64,000 nt of DNA from the NCBI GenBank assembly GCA_951406725.2, contig OX597822.1:34224001-34288000 (forward strand). The letters are read 5' to 3'. Shown one piece after another: positions 1 to 13,399 of this stretch (position 1 is the first letter of the stretch; each line of letters begins with the position of its first letter). Source of the stretch: Octopus vulgaris (taxonomy: Eukaryota). The position numbers and the translations under genes are program-made. A model generated the notes under the pieces. The model saw only the letters and a list, made by a program, of their open reading frames with translations. It did no database searches and had not been told where the DNA came from.

Positions 1-124
1 CGCCATACTAATACAATTGTTTGTTTGTTTTCCACCTGCCTTCGTCTTTTGTCTATTTTCATAAAGCTTCCCGTTATATATATACATACTTACACAAACA
101 CACACATAGTACTTATATATGCGA

Positions 125-186
<62 letters not shown>

Positions 187-454
187 AATTAGGGATAATT
201 ATCAATTACACCAAGTAGATTTCGGCATGTAAAAGCCCCATTCGAGGAAAATTTAAGTAATACTAAGTAATTAAGGGTTTAGCAACGAATTGCCTCACCA
301 ACACACCGAATTTAGAAATAGCAGTCAAAGAGATATAGCTATTCATTCTACTAAAAGGGGGATCTCAGTAAAAACACAGCACTTAAAAGGCAAACACAGA
401 CAGGTAAGAAAGAAAGAATGAAATGACGACAATCCATCATGCAATTTTAAGTTA

Positions 455-546
455 CCTACGGACGTACGTTTCGAGATCAAGTTTTAGGATAGCATAAGAA
501 TTAGAAAATTCTACTTTACCCAGACTTCTTCTCTCATCGGCGCAGG
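455..546 (-). ncRNA. Type I hammerhead ribozyme (588-bp unit, left arm); second copy at 1043-1134
   Basis: Reverse complement reads CCTGCG-CCGATGA-GAGA...TCTC-GAA-ACGTACGT-C-CGTAGG. Confidence 0.82.
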
Positions 547-1751
547 ATACTACAATTATGAATAATTGTATATTAAATTTTGAGATACTAGAATGCGTCA
601 TCTCAACTCAGTGTCAGAGCGAGCCAAAGCATGACCAGTACCACGAAATTCAAAGTTTGAATGAAAGTTTGTGTCACCAGCCCCTTCCACCCGCGTGTAG
701 CCAAGACAAAATGCTGTGGTCATTCACTGGGATAAAATATGGTTATCAGTAATAATAAAAGGGTGAAATTAATTAATTAGGGATAATTATCAATTACACC
801 AAGTAGATTTCGGCATGTAAAAGCCCCATTCGAGGAAAATTTAAGTAATACTAAGTAATTAAGGGTTTAGCAACGAATTGCCTCACCAACACACCGAATT
901 TAGAAATAGCAGTCAAAGAGATATAGCTATTCATTCTACTAAAAGGGGGATCTCAGTAAAAACACAGCACTTAAAAGGCAAACACAGACAGGTAAGAAAG
1001 AAAGAATGAAATGACGGCAATCCATCATGCAATTTTAAGTTACCTACGGACGTACGTTTCGAGATCAAGTTTTAGGATAGCATAAGAATTAGAAAATTCT
1101 ACTTTACCCAGACTTCTTCTCTCATCGGCGCAGGATACTACAATTATGAAAAAACACAGCACTTAAAAGGCAAACACAGACAGGTAAGAAAGAAAGTAGA
1201 ATTTTCTAATTCTTATGCTATCCTAAAACTTGATCTCGAAACGTACGTCCGTAGGTAACTTAAAATTGCACGATGGATTGCCGTCATTTCATTCTTTCTT
1301 TCTTACCTGTCTGTGTTTGCCTTTTAAGTGCTGTGTTTTTACTGAGATCCCCCTTTTAGTAGAACGAATAGCTATATCTCTTTGACTGCTATTTCTAAAT
1401 TCGGTGTGTTGGTGAGGCAATTCGTTGCTAAACCCTTAATTACTTAGTATTACTTAAATTTTCCTCGAATGGGGCTTTTACATGCCGAAATCTACTTGGT
1501 GTAATTGATAATTATCCCTAATTAATTAATTTCACCCTTTTATTATTACTGATAACCATATTTTATCCCATTGAATGACCACAGCATTTTGTCTTGGCTA
1601 CACGCGGGTGGAAGGGGCTGGTGACACAAACTTTCAATCAAACTTTGAATTTCGTGGTACTGGTCATGCTTTGGCTCGCTCTGACACTGAGTTGAGATGA
1701 CGCATTCTAGTATCTCAAAATTTAATATACAATTATTCATAATTGTAGTAT

Positions 1752-1843
1752 CCTGCGCCGATGAGAGAAGAAGTCTGGGTAAAGTAGAATTTTCTAATTC
1801 TTATGCTATCCTAAAACTTGATCTCGAAACGTACGTCCGTAGG
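1752..1843 (+). ncRNA. Type I hammerhead ribozyme (588-bp unit); further copies start at 2341, 2929, 3518, 4106, 4694, 5283, 5871, 6460, 7049
   Basis: Stem I CCTGCG/CGTAGG, core CCGATGA (U4C variant of CUGANGA), stem II GAGA/TCTC enclosing a long hairpin (AGAATT-TTCT-AATTCT), GAA, palindromic stem III ACGTACGT, GUC triplet. Predicted cut after 1837. Confidence 0.85.
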
Positions 1844-4800
1844 TAACTTAAAATTGCATGATGGATTGCCGTCATTTCATTCTTTCTTTCTTACCTGTCT
1901 GTGTTTGCCTTTTAAGTGCTGTGTTTTTACTGAGATCCCCCTTTTAGTAGAATGAATAGCTATATCTCTTTGACTGCTATTTCTAAATTCGGTGTGTTGG
2001 TGAGGCAATTCGTTGCTAAACCCTTAATTACTTAGTATTACTTAAATTTTCCTCGAATGGGGCTTTTACATGCCGAAATCTACTTGGTGTAATTGATAAT
2101 TATCCCTAATTAATTAATTTCACCCTTTTATTATTACTGATAACCATATTTTATCCCAGTGAATGACCACAGCATTTTGTCTTGGCTACACGCGGGTGGA
2201 AGGGGGCTGGTGACACAAACTTTCATTCAAACTTTGAATTTCGTGGTACTGGTCATGCTTTGGCTCGCTCTGACACTGAGTTGAGATGACGCATTCTAGT
2301 ATCTCAAAATTTAATATACAATTATTCATAATTGTAGTATCCTGCGCCGATGAGAGAAGAAGTCTGGGTAAAGTAGAATTTTCTAATTCTTATGCTATCC
2401 TAAAACTTGATCTCGAAACGTACGTCCGTAGGTAACTTAAAATTGCATGATGGATTGCCGTCATTTCATTCTTTCTTTCTTACCTGTCTGTGTTTGCCTT
2501 TAAGTGCTGTGTTTTTACTGAGATCCCCCTTTTAGTAGAACGAATAGCTATATCTCTTTGACTGCTATTTCTAAATTCGGTGTGTTGGTGAGGCAATTCG
2601 TTGCTAAACCCTTAATTACTTAGTATTACTTAAATTTTCCTCGAATGGGGCTTTTACATGCCGAAATCTACTTGGTGTAATTGATAATTATCCCTAATTA
2701 ATTAATTTCACCCTTTTATTATTACTGATAACCATATTTTATCCCAGTGAATGACCACAGCATTTTGTCTTGGCTACACGCGGGTGGAAGGGGGCTGGTG
2801 ACACAAACTTTCATTCAAACTTTGAATTTCGTGGTACTGGTCATGCTTTGGCTCGCTCTGACACTGAGTTGAGATGACGCATTCTAGTATCTCAAAATTT
2901 AATATACAATTATTCATAATTGTAGTATCCTGCGCCGATGAGAGAAGAAGTCTGGGTAAAGTAGAATTTTCTAATTCTTATGCTATCCTAAAACTTGATC
3001 TCGAAACGTACGTCCGTAGGTAACTTAAAATTGCATGATGGATTGCCGTCATTTCATTCTTTCTTTCTTACCTGTCTGTGTTTGCCTTTTAAGTGCTGTG
3101 TTTTTACTGAGATCCCCCTTTTAGTAGAACGAATAGCTATATCTCTTTGACTGCTATTTCTAAATTCGGTGTGTTGGTGAGGCAATTCGTTGCTAAACCC
3201 TTAATTACTTAGTATTACTTAAATTTTCCTCGAATGGGGCTTTTACATGCCGAAATCTACTTGGTGTAATTGATAATTATCCCTAATTAATTAATTTCAC
3301 CCTTTTATTATTACTGATAACCATATTTTATCCCAGTGAATGACCACAGCATTTTGTCTTGGCTACACGCGGGTGGAAGGGGGCTGGTGACACAAACTTT
3401 CATTCAAACTTTGAATTTCGTGGTACTGGTCATGCTTTGGCTCGCTCTGACACTGAGTTGAGATGACGCATTCTAGTATCTCAAAATTTAATATACAATT
3501 ATTCATAATTGTAGTATCCTGCGCCGATGAGAGAAGAAGTCTGGGTAAAGTAGAATTTTCTAATTCTTATGCTATCCTAAAACTTGATCTCGAAACGTAC
3601 GTCCGTAGGTAACTTAAAATTGCATGATGGATTGCCGTCATTTCATTCTTTCTTTCTTACCTGTCTGTGTTTGCCTTTTAAGTGCTGTGTTTTTACTGAG
3701 ATCCCCCTTTTAGTAGAACGAATAGCTATATCTCTTTGACTGCTATTTCTAAATTCGGTGTGTTGGTGAGGCAATTCGTTGCTAAACCCTTAATTACTTA
3801 GTATTACTTAAATTTTCCTCGAATGGGGCTTTTACATGCCGAAATCTACTTGGTGTAATTGATAATTATCCCTAATTAATTAATTTCACCCTTTATTATT
3901 ACTGATAACCATATTTTATCCCAGTGAATGACCACAGCATTTTGTCTTGGCTACACGCGGGTGGAAGGGGGCTGGTGACACAAACTTTCATTCAAACTTT
4001 GAATTTCGTGGTACTGGTCATGCTTTGGCTCGCTCTGACACTGAGTTGAGATGACGCATTCTAGTATCTCAAAATTTAATATACAATTATTCATAATTGT
4101 AGTATCCTGCGCCGATGAGAGAAGAAGTTGGGTAAAGTAGAATTTTCTAATTCTTATGCTATCCTAAAACTTGATCTCGAAACGTACGTCCGTAGGTAAC
4201 TTAAAATTGCATGATGGATTGCCGTCATTTCATTCTTTCTTTCTTACCTGTCTGTGTTTGCCTTTTAAGTGCTGTGTTTTTACTGAGATCCCCCTTTTAG
4301 TAGAACGAATAGCTATATCTCTTTGACTGCTATTTCTAAATTCGGTGTGTTGGTGAGGCAATTCGTTGCTAAACCCTTAATTACTTAGTATTACTTAAAT
4401 TTTCCTCGAATGGGGCTTTTACATGCCGAAATCTACTTGGTGTAATTGATAATTATCCCTAATTAATTAATTTCACCCTTTTATTATTACTGATAACCAT
4501 ATTTTATCCCAGTGAATGACCACAGCATTTTGTCTTGGCTACACGCGGGTGGAAGGGGGCTGGTGACACAAACTTTCATTCAAACTTTGAATTTCGTGGT
4601 ACTGGTCATGCTTTGGCTCGCTCTGACACTGAGTTGAGATGACGCATTCTAGTATCTCAAAATTTAATATACAATTATTCATAATTGTAGTATCCTGCGC
4701 CGATGAGAGAAGAAGTCTGGGTAAAGTAGAATTTTCTAATTCTTATGCTATCCTAAAACTTGATCTCGAAACGTACGTCCGTAGGTAACTTAAAATTGCA

Positions 4801-7339
4801 TGATGGATTGCCGTCATTTCATTCTTTCTTTCTTACCTGTCTGTGTTTGCCTTTTAAGTGCTGTGTTTTTACTGAGATCCCCCTTTTAGTAGAACGAATA
4901 GCTATATCTCTTTGACTGCTATTTCTAAATTCGGTGTGTTGGTGAGGCAATTCGTTGCTAAACCCTTAATTACTTAGTATTACTTAAATTTTCCTCGAAT
5001 GGGGCTTTTACATGCCGAAATCTACTTGGTGTAATTGATAATTATCCCTAATTAATTAATTTCACCCTTTTATTATTACTGATAACCATATTTTATCCCA
5101 GTGAATGACCACAGCATTTTGTCTTGGCTACACGCGGGTGGAAGGGGGCTGGTGACACAAACTTTCATTCAAACTTTGAATTTCGTGGTACTGGTCATGC
5201 TTTGGCTCGCTCTGACACTGAGTTGAGATGACGCATTCTAGTATCTCAAAATTTAATATACAATTATTCATAATTGTAGTATCCTGCGCCGATGAGAGAA
5301 GAAGTCTGGGTAAAGTAGAATTTTCTAATTCTTATGCTATCCTAAAACTTGATCTCGAAACGTACGTCCGTAGGTAACTTAAAATTGCATGATGGATTGC
5401 CGTCATTTCATTCTTTCTTTCTTACCTGTCTGTGTTTGCCTTTTAAGTGCTGTGTTTTTACTGAGATCCCCCTTTTAGTAGAACGAATAGCTATATCTCT
5501 TTGACTGCTATTTCTAAATTCGGTGTGTTGGTGAGGCAATTCGTTGCTAAACCCTTAATTACTTAGTATTACTTAAATTTTCCTCGAATGGGGCTTTTAC
5601 ATGCCGAAATCTACTTGGTGTAATTGATAATTATCCCTAATTAATTAATTTCACCCTTTTATTATTACTGATAACCATATTTTATCCCAGTGAATGACCA
5701 CAGCATTTTGTCTTGGCTACACGCGGGTGGAAGGGGCTGGTGACACAAACTTTCATTCAAACTTTGAATTTCGTGGTACTGGTCATGCTTTGGCTCGCTC
5801 TGACACTGAGTTGAGATGACGCATTCTAGTATCTCAAAATTTAATATACAATTATTCATAATTGTAGTATCCTGCGCCGATGAGAGAAGAAGTCTGGGTA
5901 AAGTAGAATTTTCTAATTCTTATGCTATCCTAAAACTTGATCTCGAAACGTACGTCCGTAGGTAACTTAAAATTGCATGATGGATTGCCGTCATTTCATT
6001 CTTTCTTTCTTACCTGTCTGTGTTTGCCTTTTAAGTGCTGTGTTTTTACTGAGATCCCCCTTTTAGTAGAACGAATAGCTATATCTCTTTGACTGCTATT
6101 TCTAAATTCGGTGTGTTGGTGAGGCAATTCGTTGCTAAACCCTTAATTACTTAGTATTACTTAAATTTTCCTCGAATGGGGCTTTTACATGCCGAAATCT
6201 ACTTGGTGTAATTGATAATTATCCCTAATTAATTAATTTCACCCTTTTATTATTACTGATAACCATATTTTATCCCAGTGAATGACCACAGCATTTTGTC
6301 TTGGCTACACGCGGGTGGAAGGGGGCTGGTGACACAAACTTTCATTCAAACTTTGAATTTCGTGGTACTGGTCATGCTTTGGCTCGCTCTGACACTGAGT
6401 TGAGATGACGCATTCTAGTATCTCAAAATTTAATATACAATTATTCATAATTGTAGTATCCTGCGCCGATGAGAGAAGAAGTCTGGGTAAAGTAGAATTT
6501 TCTAATTCTTATGCTATCCTAAAACTTGATCTCGAAACGTACGTCCGTAGGTAACTTAAAATTGCATGATGGATTGCCGTCATTTCATTCTTTCTTTCTT
6601 ACCTGTCTGTGTTTGCCTTTTAAGTGCTGTGTTTTTACTGAGATCCCCCTTTTAGTAGAATGAATAGCTATATCTCTTTGACTGCTATTTCTAAATTCGG
6701 TGTGTTGGTGAGGCAATTCGTTGCTAAACCCTTAATTACTTAGTATTACTTAAATTTTCCTCGAATGGGGCTTTTACATGCCGAAATCTACTTGGTGTAA
6801 TTGATAATTATCCCTAATTAATTAATTTCACCCTTTTATTATTACTGATAACCATATTTTATCCCAGTGAATGACCACAGCATTTTGTCTTGGCTACACG
6901 CGGGTGGAAGGGGGCTGGTGACACAAACTTTCATTCAAACTTTGAATTTCGTGGTACTGGTCATGCTTTGGCTCGCTCTGACACTGAGTTGAGATGACGC
7001 ATTCTAGTATCTCAAAATTTAATATACAATTATTCATAATTGTAGTATCCTGCGCCGATGAGAGAAGAAGTCTGGGTAAAGTAGAATTTTCTAATTCTTA
7101 TGCTATCCTAAAACTTGATCTCGAAACGTACGTCCGTAGGTAACTTAAAATTGCATGATGGATTGCCGTCATTTCATTCTTTCTTTCTTACCTGTCTGTG
7201 TTTGCCTTTTAAGTGCTGTGTTTTTACTGAGATCCCCCTTTTAGTAGAATGAATAGCTATATCTCTTTGACTGCTATTTCTAAATTCGGTGTGTTGGTGA
7301 GGCAATTCGTTGCTAAACCCTTAATTACTTAGTATTACT

Positions 7340-7340
<1 letters not shown>

Positions 7341-7390
<50 letters not shown>

Positions 7391-7477
7391 GTATATATAT
7401 ATATGTATATATATATATATGTATATATATATATGTATATATATATATGTATATATATATATGTATATATGTATATA

Positions 7478-7533
<56 letters not shown>

Positions 7534-7546
7534 TGTATATATATGT

Positions 7547-7598
<52 letters not shown>
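7341..7598. repeat. (TA)n/(TATG) microsatellite
   Basis: Direct inspection. Similar tracts occur throughout, e.g. 126-183, 9068-9128, 27305-27443, 38122-38755, 40600-40868. Confidence 0.98.
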
Positions 7599-7599
<1 letters not shown>

Positions 7600-7915
7600 A
7601 AAGGGATAAAGACCCCCTTCGGTCATGAATGACCATGGGATTGCACCTAGAAAGTTAACCTCCCAGGCACAAGTCCGGGCAAGGTAGTTTATGGAAAACC
7701 AGCAGTCGCCCATGCATACCAGCCTCCCCTCTCCACACCACTGATGTTATCCAAGGGAAAGACAAAGGTCGGTACAGCTTGGCACCAGTGACGTCGCAAC
7801 TCATTTCTACAGCTGAGTGAACTGGAGCAACGTGAAATAAAGTGCCTTGCTCAAGAACACAACACGCAGCCCGGTCTGGGATTCGAGCTCACAACCTGAC
7901 GATCGTGAGCTCGAC
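7600..7915 (-). mobile_element. tRNA-head SINE (family A variant)
   Basis: Reverse complement of the element at 9685-9995. Body also seen at 44416-44612. Confidence 0.8.
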
Positions 7916-7916
7916 G

Positions 7917-7995
<79 letters not shown>

Positions 7996-8558
7996 GTATA
8001 AGCGTGTGTGTGTTTGTGTGCGCGGGTGGGCAGTTGAAATGTATACCAGGAGAGCGTTCGTATCCGCTTGTGTAGAGTGTGCGCAAGACATGATCAATCA
8101 AACCTCACGTAACTTATATTGCCGTTCATAAATATGTAAATGAATTTGTGAATTATCGAATAGAATTTTGATTAAATAGACAATGCGAGAAGAGATAAGA
8201 AGTTAATAAGCTTCATTCAGCTATTCATAAACACTGCTTCATCAAAGGCGAGTAATCTCCTTGTTAGCTTTATATGCGTCTTAATAATGTTGTCATTTGA
8301 TAGTGACTTACAGTGGAAGCACTTCAGCTTGATCTCAAATTCATTGACACGTGTCCGTGTCTATGTGTGTGTGCGTGCTTTGTATAATCATATAAATGCG
8401 CGCGCGCACACACATATACACATACAAGCATAGGTACGCGCTCTGCACACACATATTCACATCGTTATCAATATCACTGTAGTATATATATATAGATATA
8501 TCCTTAAATCCTTAACATGTTTTAGGCCGATGGCCACGGCCATGCTGGAGCACCACTG

Positions 8559-8593
<35 letters not shown>

Positions 8594-8594
<1 letters not shown>

Positions 8595-8871
8595 CGTGAT
8601 CACGCGACCGACCAGGTTATCAGATGCGCTTCTCATTGTTTTAGCCTTCAAATGACGCCACCCCGCTGGCTAAGCGAGCAGGGCAACAGAAGAAAGAGTG
8701 GGAGAAAGAGTGGTGAAAGAGTACAGCAAGGATCACTACCCCTTGCCGGAGCCTCGTGGAGCTTTTAGGTGTTTTCGCTCAATAAACACTCACAACGCCC
8801 GGTCGGGGAATCTAAACCGCGATCCTACGACCGTGAGTCCGCTGCCCTAACCGCTGGACCATTGCGCCTCC
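8594..8871 (-). mobile_element. tRNA-head SINE (family A) with an alternative 3' part
   Basis: Head GGAGGCGCAATGGTCCAGCGGTTAGGGCAGCGGACTC matches the copies at 21893 and 44103. Confidence 0.8.
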
Positions 8872-9064
8872 GTATATATATTTGTTTTGCAAGATTCTTG
8901 ATGTGAAATCATGTGTTGAAACAGATATTGTTGTATTTAGGGATGGCCATGTTGCCAGTTTAGCCAATAAAAACACGCACTATATATTTGGTGTTAATTT
9001 GCTTCAGCTTTGTTTATTTTTTACATTAATCTTAATCATATATATCCTACTGTGATATTGATAA

Positions 9065-9130
<66 letters not shown>

Positions 9131-9197
9131 ATTGCTAGAAATAGGAGTTAAAAATCCTCAGAGCCACAAAAAGCTCGTTTTCATATACTGACAGGGT

Positions 9198-9249
9198 ATA
9201 GATAGATAGACAGATATACAGATAGATAGATAGATAGATAGATATATAG

Positions 9250-9280
<31 letters not shown>

Positions 9281-9321
9281 GATAGATAGATAAATAGACA
9301 GATAGACATATAGATAGATAA

Positions 9322-9362
<41 letters not shown>

Positions 9363-9400
9363 CAGATAGACAGACATATAGATGGATAGACAGACAGACA
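9198..9400. repeat. (GATA)n microsatellite
   Basis: Direct inspection. Similar tracts at 55908-56015 and 63540-63760. Confidence 0.97.
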
Positions 9401-9995
9401 GTGGAGGCACGTGGCTTGGTAGTAAGGGTCTTGGACTTATGATCATAAGATTGTGGTTTCGATTCGTGGACTGGGGGACACGTTACGTTCTTGAGCAAAA
9501 CACTCCATTTCACGTTGCTCCAGTCTATCCAGGTGGCAAACATGAGGAATCCAACGACGCACCAGTATCCCATCTAAGTGGGATTAAATACGCCTGTGAA
9601 TCCGGGGAATCGGCGCTATGTGTCATGTACGTATAGGACTCGGGAAAGATCTTTATCCTTTACATCTCTCCACCACATATATATGGTGAAAGCGCATGGC
9701 TCAGTGGTTAGAGGGTCGAGCTTACGATCCTGATGTTGTGAGTTCGAATCCCGGACCGCGCTACGTATTGTGTTCTTGAACAAGACACTTTATTTCACCT
9801 TGTTCCAGTTCACTGGTGTCAAGCTGTATCAGCCTTTGCCTTTCCCTTGGATAACATCGGTGGCGTGGAGAGGTGAGGCTGGTATGCACGGGTCACTGCT
9901 GGTCTTCCATAAAAACAACCTTGCCCGGACTTGTGCTTGGGAGGGTAACTTTCTAGGTGCAGCCCCATGGTCAGTCATGACCAAAGGGGGTCTCA
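9401..9995 (+). mobile_element. Two tRNA-head SINE copies (about 9401-9640 and 9685-9995)
   Basis: A-box-like TGGCTCAGTGG and B-box GTTCGAATCC, followed by TTCTTGA(A/G)CAA(G/A)ACACT...CCAGT body shared with other copies. Confidence 0.8.
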
Positions 9996-10119
9996 GCATA
10001 TAAAACTTACCTGGAAAAGGATGCGTGACGTTCAATCATATAATAATATAAATAATATATAATTATATGCATGTATACATAGACATATGTACATACCTAC
10101 ATATATATGTATATATACA

Positions 10120-10310
10120 TGCATATATGGGTAGAGGACATCAAAAACACGTGGACACAATGAGGAACAAAAACATAAAAACAAAAACATAGAAAACGAA
10201 CTTTTTTCGAACAACGAGAAAAAAAAAGAACAAACAGAGAACCGAGACATGCAACATAAAGAACTTTTCCTTCATCAGATGTCCCTGTTTCATCTACTCC
10301 GCGTTCGAAC
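10120..10310. repeat. Dispersed unclassified repeat; longer copy at about 60985-61420
   Basis: Shared CATATATGGGTA(G/C)AGGACA...ACACAATGAG...GTTTCATCTACTC(C/T)GCGTT. Confidence 0.7.
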
Positions 10311-11392
10311 ACATCCTATCAGAAGGATCGCCACCTTTGTCACGGTTGAATTGCTTGCGTGTTTCTATGATTCAGAGGGCAATGCTGGTGAGAGATTAGG
10401 CTCTTGACAGGGTCACTCATACCAGACTGACAGAAGAGTAGGCTCCAGATGATGGATCCATCTTCACTCGAACCTAACGAGGTGAACTCGAGGCTAACAA
10501 TCGGAAACCGCAATTTTTACAGAAACTATTCCAACTATTTTGCGGCCCTGTACTCCTGTACTCCTTACAGAATATTGTGAACTAACCAACTACATATACG
10601 CACACGGATATATTTCAAGCACTCAATGTAACATACACATTTCTGTGTAATCATGTTAAATTGTAAACTTCATCATTTAACTGTTACTTTGGCTTTTAAC
10701 CTTAGCTGGCTGTATGTACAAAAAAATATCTATCGCAAGTCATAATACAAAGTATTCGAGCTAAATTCGACAGTTTTTATGCTCTTTTTTTTTTCAGAAA
10801 CAACTTGATGTATTGATGAACAGCCAACGGCTTTGGAGACAATAATGGGATATTATATTTTCCTTTTCCTTTCATGCTTACTGCCAAATTTAGCCGGAAC
10901 ACCTTGTAGAGTGCACGAAATAAAATTACGTAGGAAAACATTAACTGTCAACATTACAATTTTATATACAAACATGAAGAGAATTACTGTACAGGCTTTA
11001 TCAGTACAAAGATGAATGACACGCAAAAAAAATCATAAAATCTGGTGGGACTTCACTGTTTTATAATTTTAAAATTTATCGTGGACGTATTTATTAGTGA
11101 TAACTATATCCTCATGACATTTTGCGACCTTCTATGATTTTGTTATTGCCAGCACCTCATTCTGATGAAGAGGCTGACAAACTCTTAAAACATCAACGGA
11201 CTAATGGGTTTAGGAATGTTTCTGCTTTATACTAAATATAAAGGGATAATAAAAGACATATAAAAATCCTTAATAAAAAGCATCAAACTCGAGCACCCTT
11301 GGGTCATTAATATAGCGTGCGCGCGCGCACACACACATAGGCAGAAATTTTTGAAGTGTAAACTAACGACAGTTTATATATAGGTATGTATA

Positions 11393-11428
<36 letters not shown>

Positions 11429-11429
11429 T

Positions 11430-12030
11430 TCCTTTTATTTGTTTTAGTCATTTGACTGCAGCCATGCTGCAACACCGCCTTTAGTCGAACAAATTGACCC
11501 CAGGACTTATTCTTTGTAAGCCTTGTACTTATTCTATTTTTGCCGAACCGCTGAGTTACGGGGATGTAAACACACCAGCATTGGTTGTCAAAACGATGGG
11601 GGGGGGGGACAAACACAGACACATACATATGTATGTTTGTATATATATGCATACACACATACATATGTATATAATATATATATATATATACATATATACA
11701 CATATACATATGTATATATGCATACAAATACATACACACATATACATAGAAATATACATACGTCCATGTATATATATATATATATATATATAATGTGTGT
11801 GTATGTCTTTCTATTGGTGTTTGTCCTATACCACCACTTGACAACCGGTGTTGTTGTATTTACATTACTGTAACTTAGCGGTCCAGCAAAATACAATGCT
11901 AGAACAAGCAGCTAGCTTTAAATAAAACAAAAGTACTGGGGTCGATTCATTCGAATAAAATTCTCCAAGAAGGTGCCCCAGTATGGCCGCAGTCTCTCAT
12001 GACTGAAAGAAAAGATAAAAGATAAAAGAG
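11430..12030. mobile_element. Two partial family C SINE 3' halves in opposite orientation, separated by a microsatellite
   Basis: CAGTCATTTGACTGC...GCCGAACCGCT...ACACACCAGCAT module on - (11430-11610) and on + (11810-12030). Confidence 0.75.
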
Positions 12031-12509
12031 ATATAAGAATATATATATATATATATATAATTATTTGGACCTTTGGTATAGTAGTAATGCTGATCAAAGC
12101 ACTTACACCGGTTAGGCTACCTGATGTCATCCACAGTTATGATGTGTCAGTGGCTCTACGTCAAAAATTCCGTAGTGTAATAGTTGAGTTTATAATGAAT
12201 GAGGGAAACGGAAAACAGAGTTTGCAAGATTCTTTGTTCAACACAACGATCGTTTGAACCCATCCTGCATCTGCCCCTTGTGGGTGGGATATTCTAGAGC
12301 TAGTTGTGTTGCATCCACCAGTGAACACGCACATATACATGTATATATACACATGTATATATACGGTAAATATTTAAATGATACAAATGTGGAAGCTTTC
12401 CAATGGAACGTGAATGGTTTTACTGAATACTTCTGTTGGATGTGTCATTAGAGGTTAATCCACTAGAGCAAAGAATTCCTGAGGAATATATGTAAGATGT
12501 GAAGAGTGT

Positions 12510-13340
12510 ATTATACCAGATAATATTCCTTGATTTAACCTTTCCGTTATTTACATAAACTTTTTTCTTAATATTAACATTATCAAATATGTCACACTTT
12601 CAAGTATGTGCGAGAAATTATTAATCCCCATAGAGAAAAATTTTCCTGTTCATCCACCATTTTTCTGGCTGGAGTTATAGCAGTACATAACGAAAGTAAA
12701 ATTAGTATCTGATTTCAAGATTGGTAAACGCGAGTAGAACCGATAGGGTCAATTGTAAGATAAACTCTAATGCTAATTTTTCTGAACTAGTTTTTGATAA
12801 TTTAGGTGAAGATAATTTAAGTCAACATTTAGTAATGATATTGATTATAATACTGCTAATAATCCTGCTTTATCACCTAATTCTGAGGTTAGATTTAATA
12901 CTAATCCTTTTAACCATGAGAGCTACATAAAGTGAATAAATGCCTTTGTAATTTCAAAAACAAACTTATGTATCCTTTAGAAAATCAGTGCTTAAGAAGA
13001 ATATCCTATATCAATGTATGACAATTGCAGGGGTTCGTACGTATTATTATATAGGCCCGTCTGCTATAATTTAGAAATCTAGATTACATAATCATTCTTC
13101 TTCATTTAAGTTTAGAAGAAACTCTAATTCTACGAATCTTAATGAATTCATTTGGGATTTGAAAGAGAGGAACATTAAGTACGATATAAAGTGGCCCATA
13201 ATTAATTACTTTCCATTTGCAAACTGGTAACTTTAAATGTGATTTTTGCGCAAAGGGAATGTATAATAAAATTACTTCAAAATTAAATTTATTAAATTGT
13301 AGAGTCAGTTTTACATCGAAAATTTCGCGTAAATATAGAA
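12510..13340 (+). pseudogene. Decayed Penelope-like element, linker and GIY-YIG endonuclease region
   Basis: Manual translation from 13000: NILYQCMTIAGVRTYYYIGPSAII*KSRLHNHSSSFKFRRNSNSTNLNEFIWDLKERNIKYDIKW, colinear with the 14489 ORF. Upstream YPLENQCL and IEKNFP also match. Contains stops and frameshifts. Confidence 0.82.
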
Positions 13341-13399
13341 AAATATTTCAATAGTAAATAATATAGTAAATAACAGTAAATAACTCTCTAGTCCTGAGC

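Larger units (their letters stand above)
187..7340. mobile_element. Tandem array of a ~588-bp non-coding HHR-bearing unit (retrozyme / PLE pseudo-LTR-like): ~1.6 units in one orientation (187-1150), then ~10.4 units inverted (1196-7340)
   Basis: GTAGAATTTTCTAATTC recurs at about 1196, 1784, 2373, 2961, 3550, 4137, 4726, 5315, 5903, 6492 and 7081. Units differ by only a few SNPs or homopolymer indels. The reverse complement occupies 187-1150. Flanked by (TA)n on both sides. Confidence 0.93.

Noticed and set aside
558-752. 64-aa ORF repeated in the 588-bp unit (also 1546-1740 and 5665-5859)
   Set aside because: Antisense to the ribozyme strand, frameshifted in most copies by a G4/G5 run, and no recognisable motif.
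187-7340. CRISPR array, rDNA/5S array or plain satellite
   Set aside because: No unique spacers and no rRNA similarity. One HHR per unit, the inversion and the TA flanks fit a retrozyme/PLE origin better.
10255-10310. Minus-strand CTGATGAAGG near GAAAC in the 10120/60985 repeat
   Set aside because: Could not build stems in any HHR topology, and the second copy has CTGAAAA.
11162-11195. CTGATGA-AGAG...CTCT-TAAAAC hammerhead-like motif
   Set aside because: GAAA absent, and no stem III or stem I.
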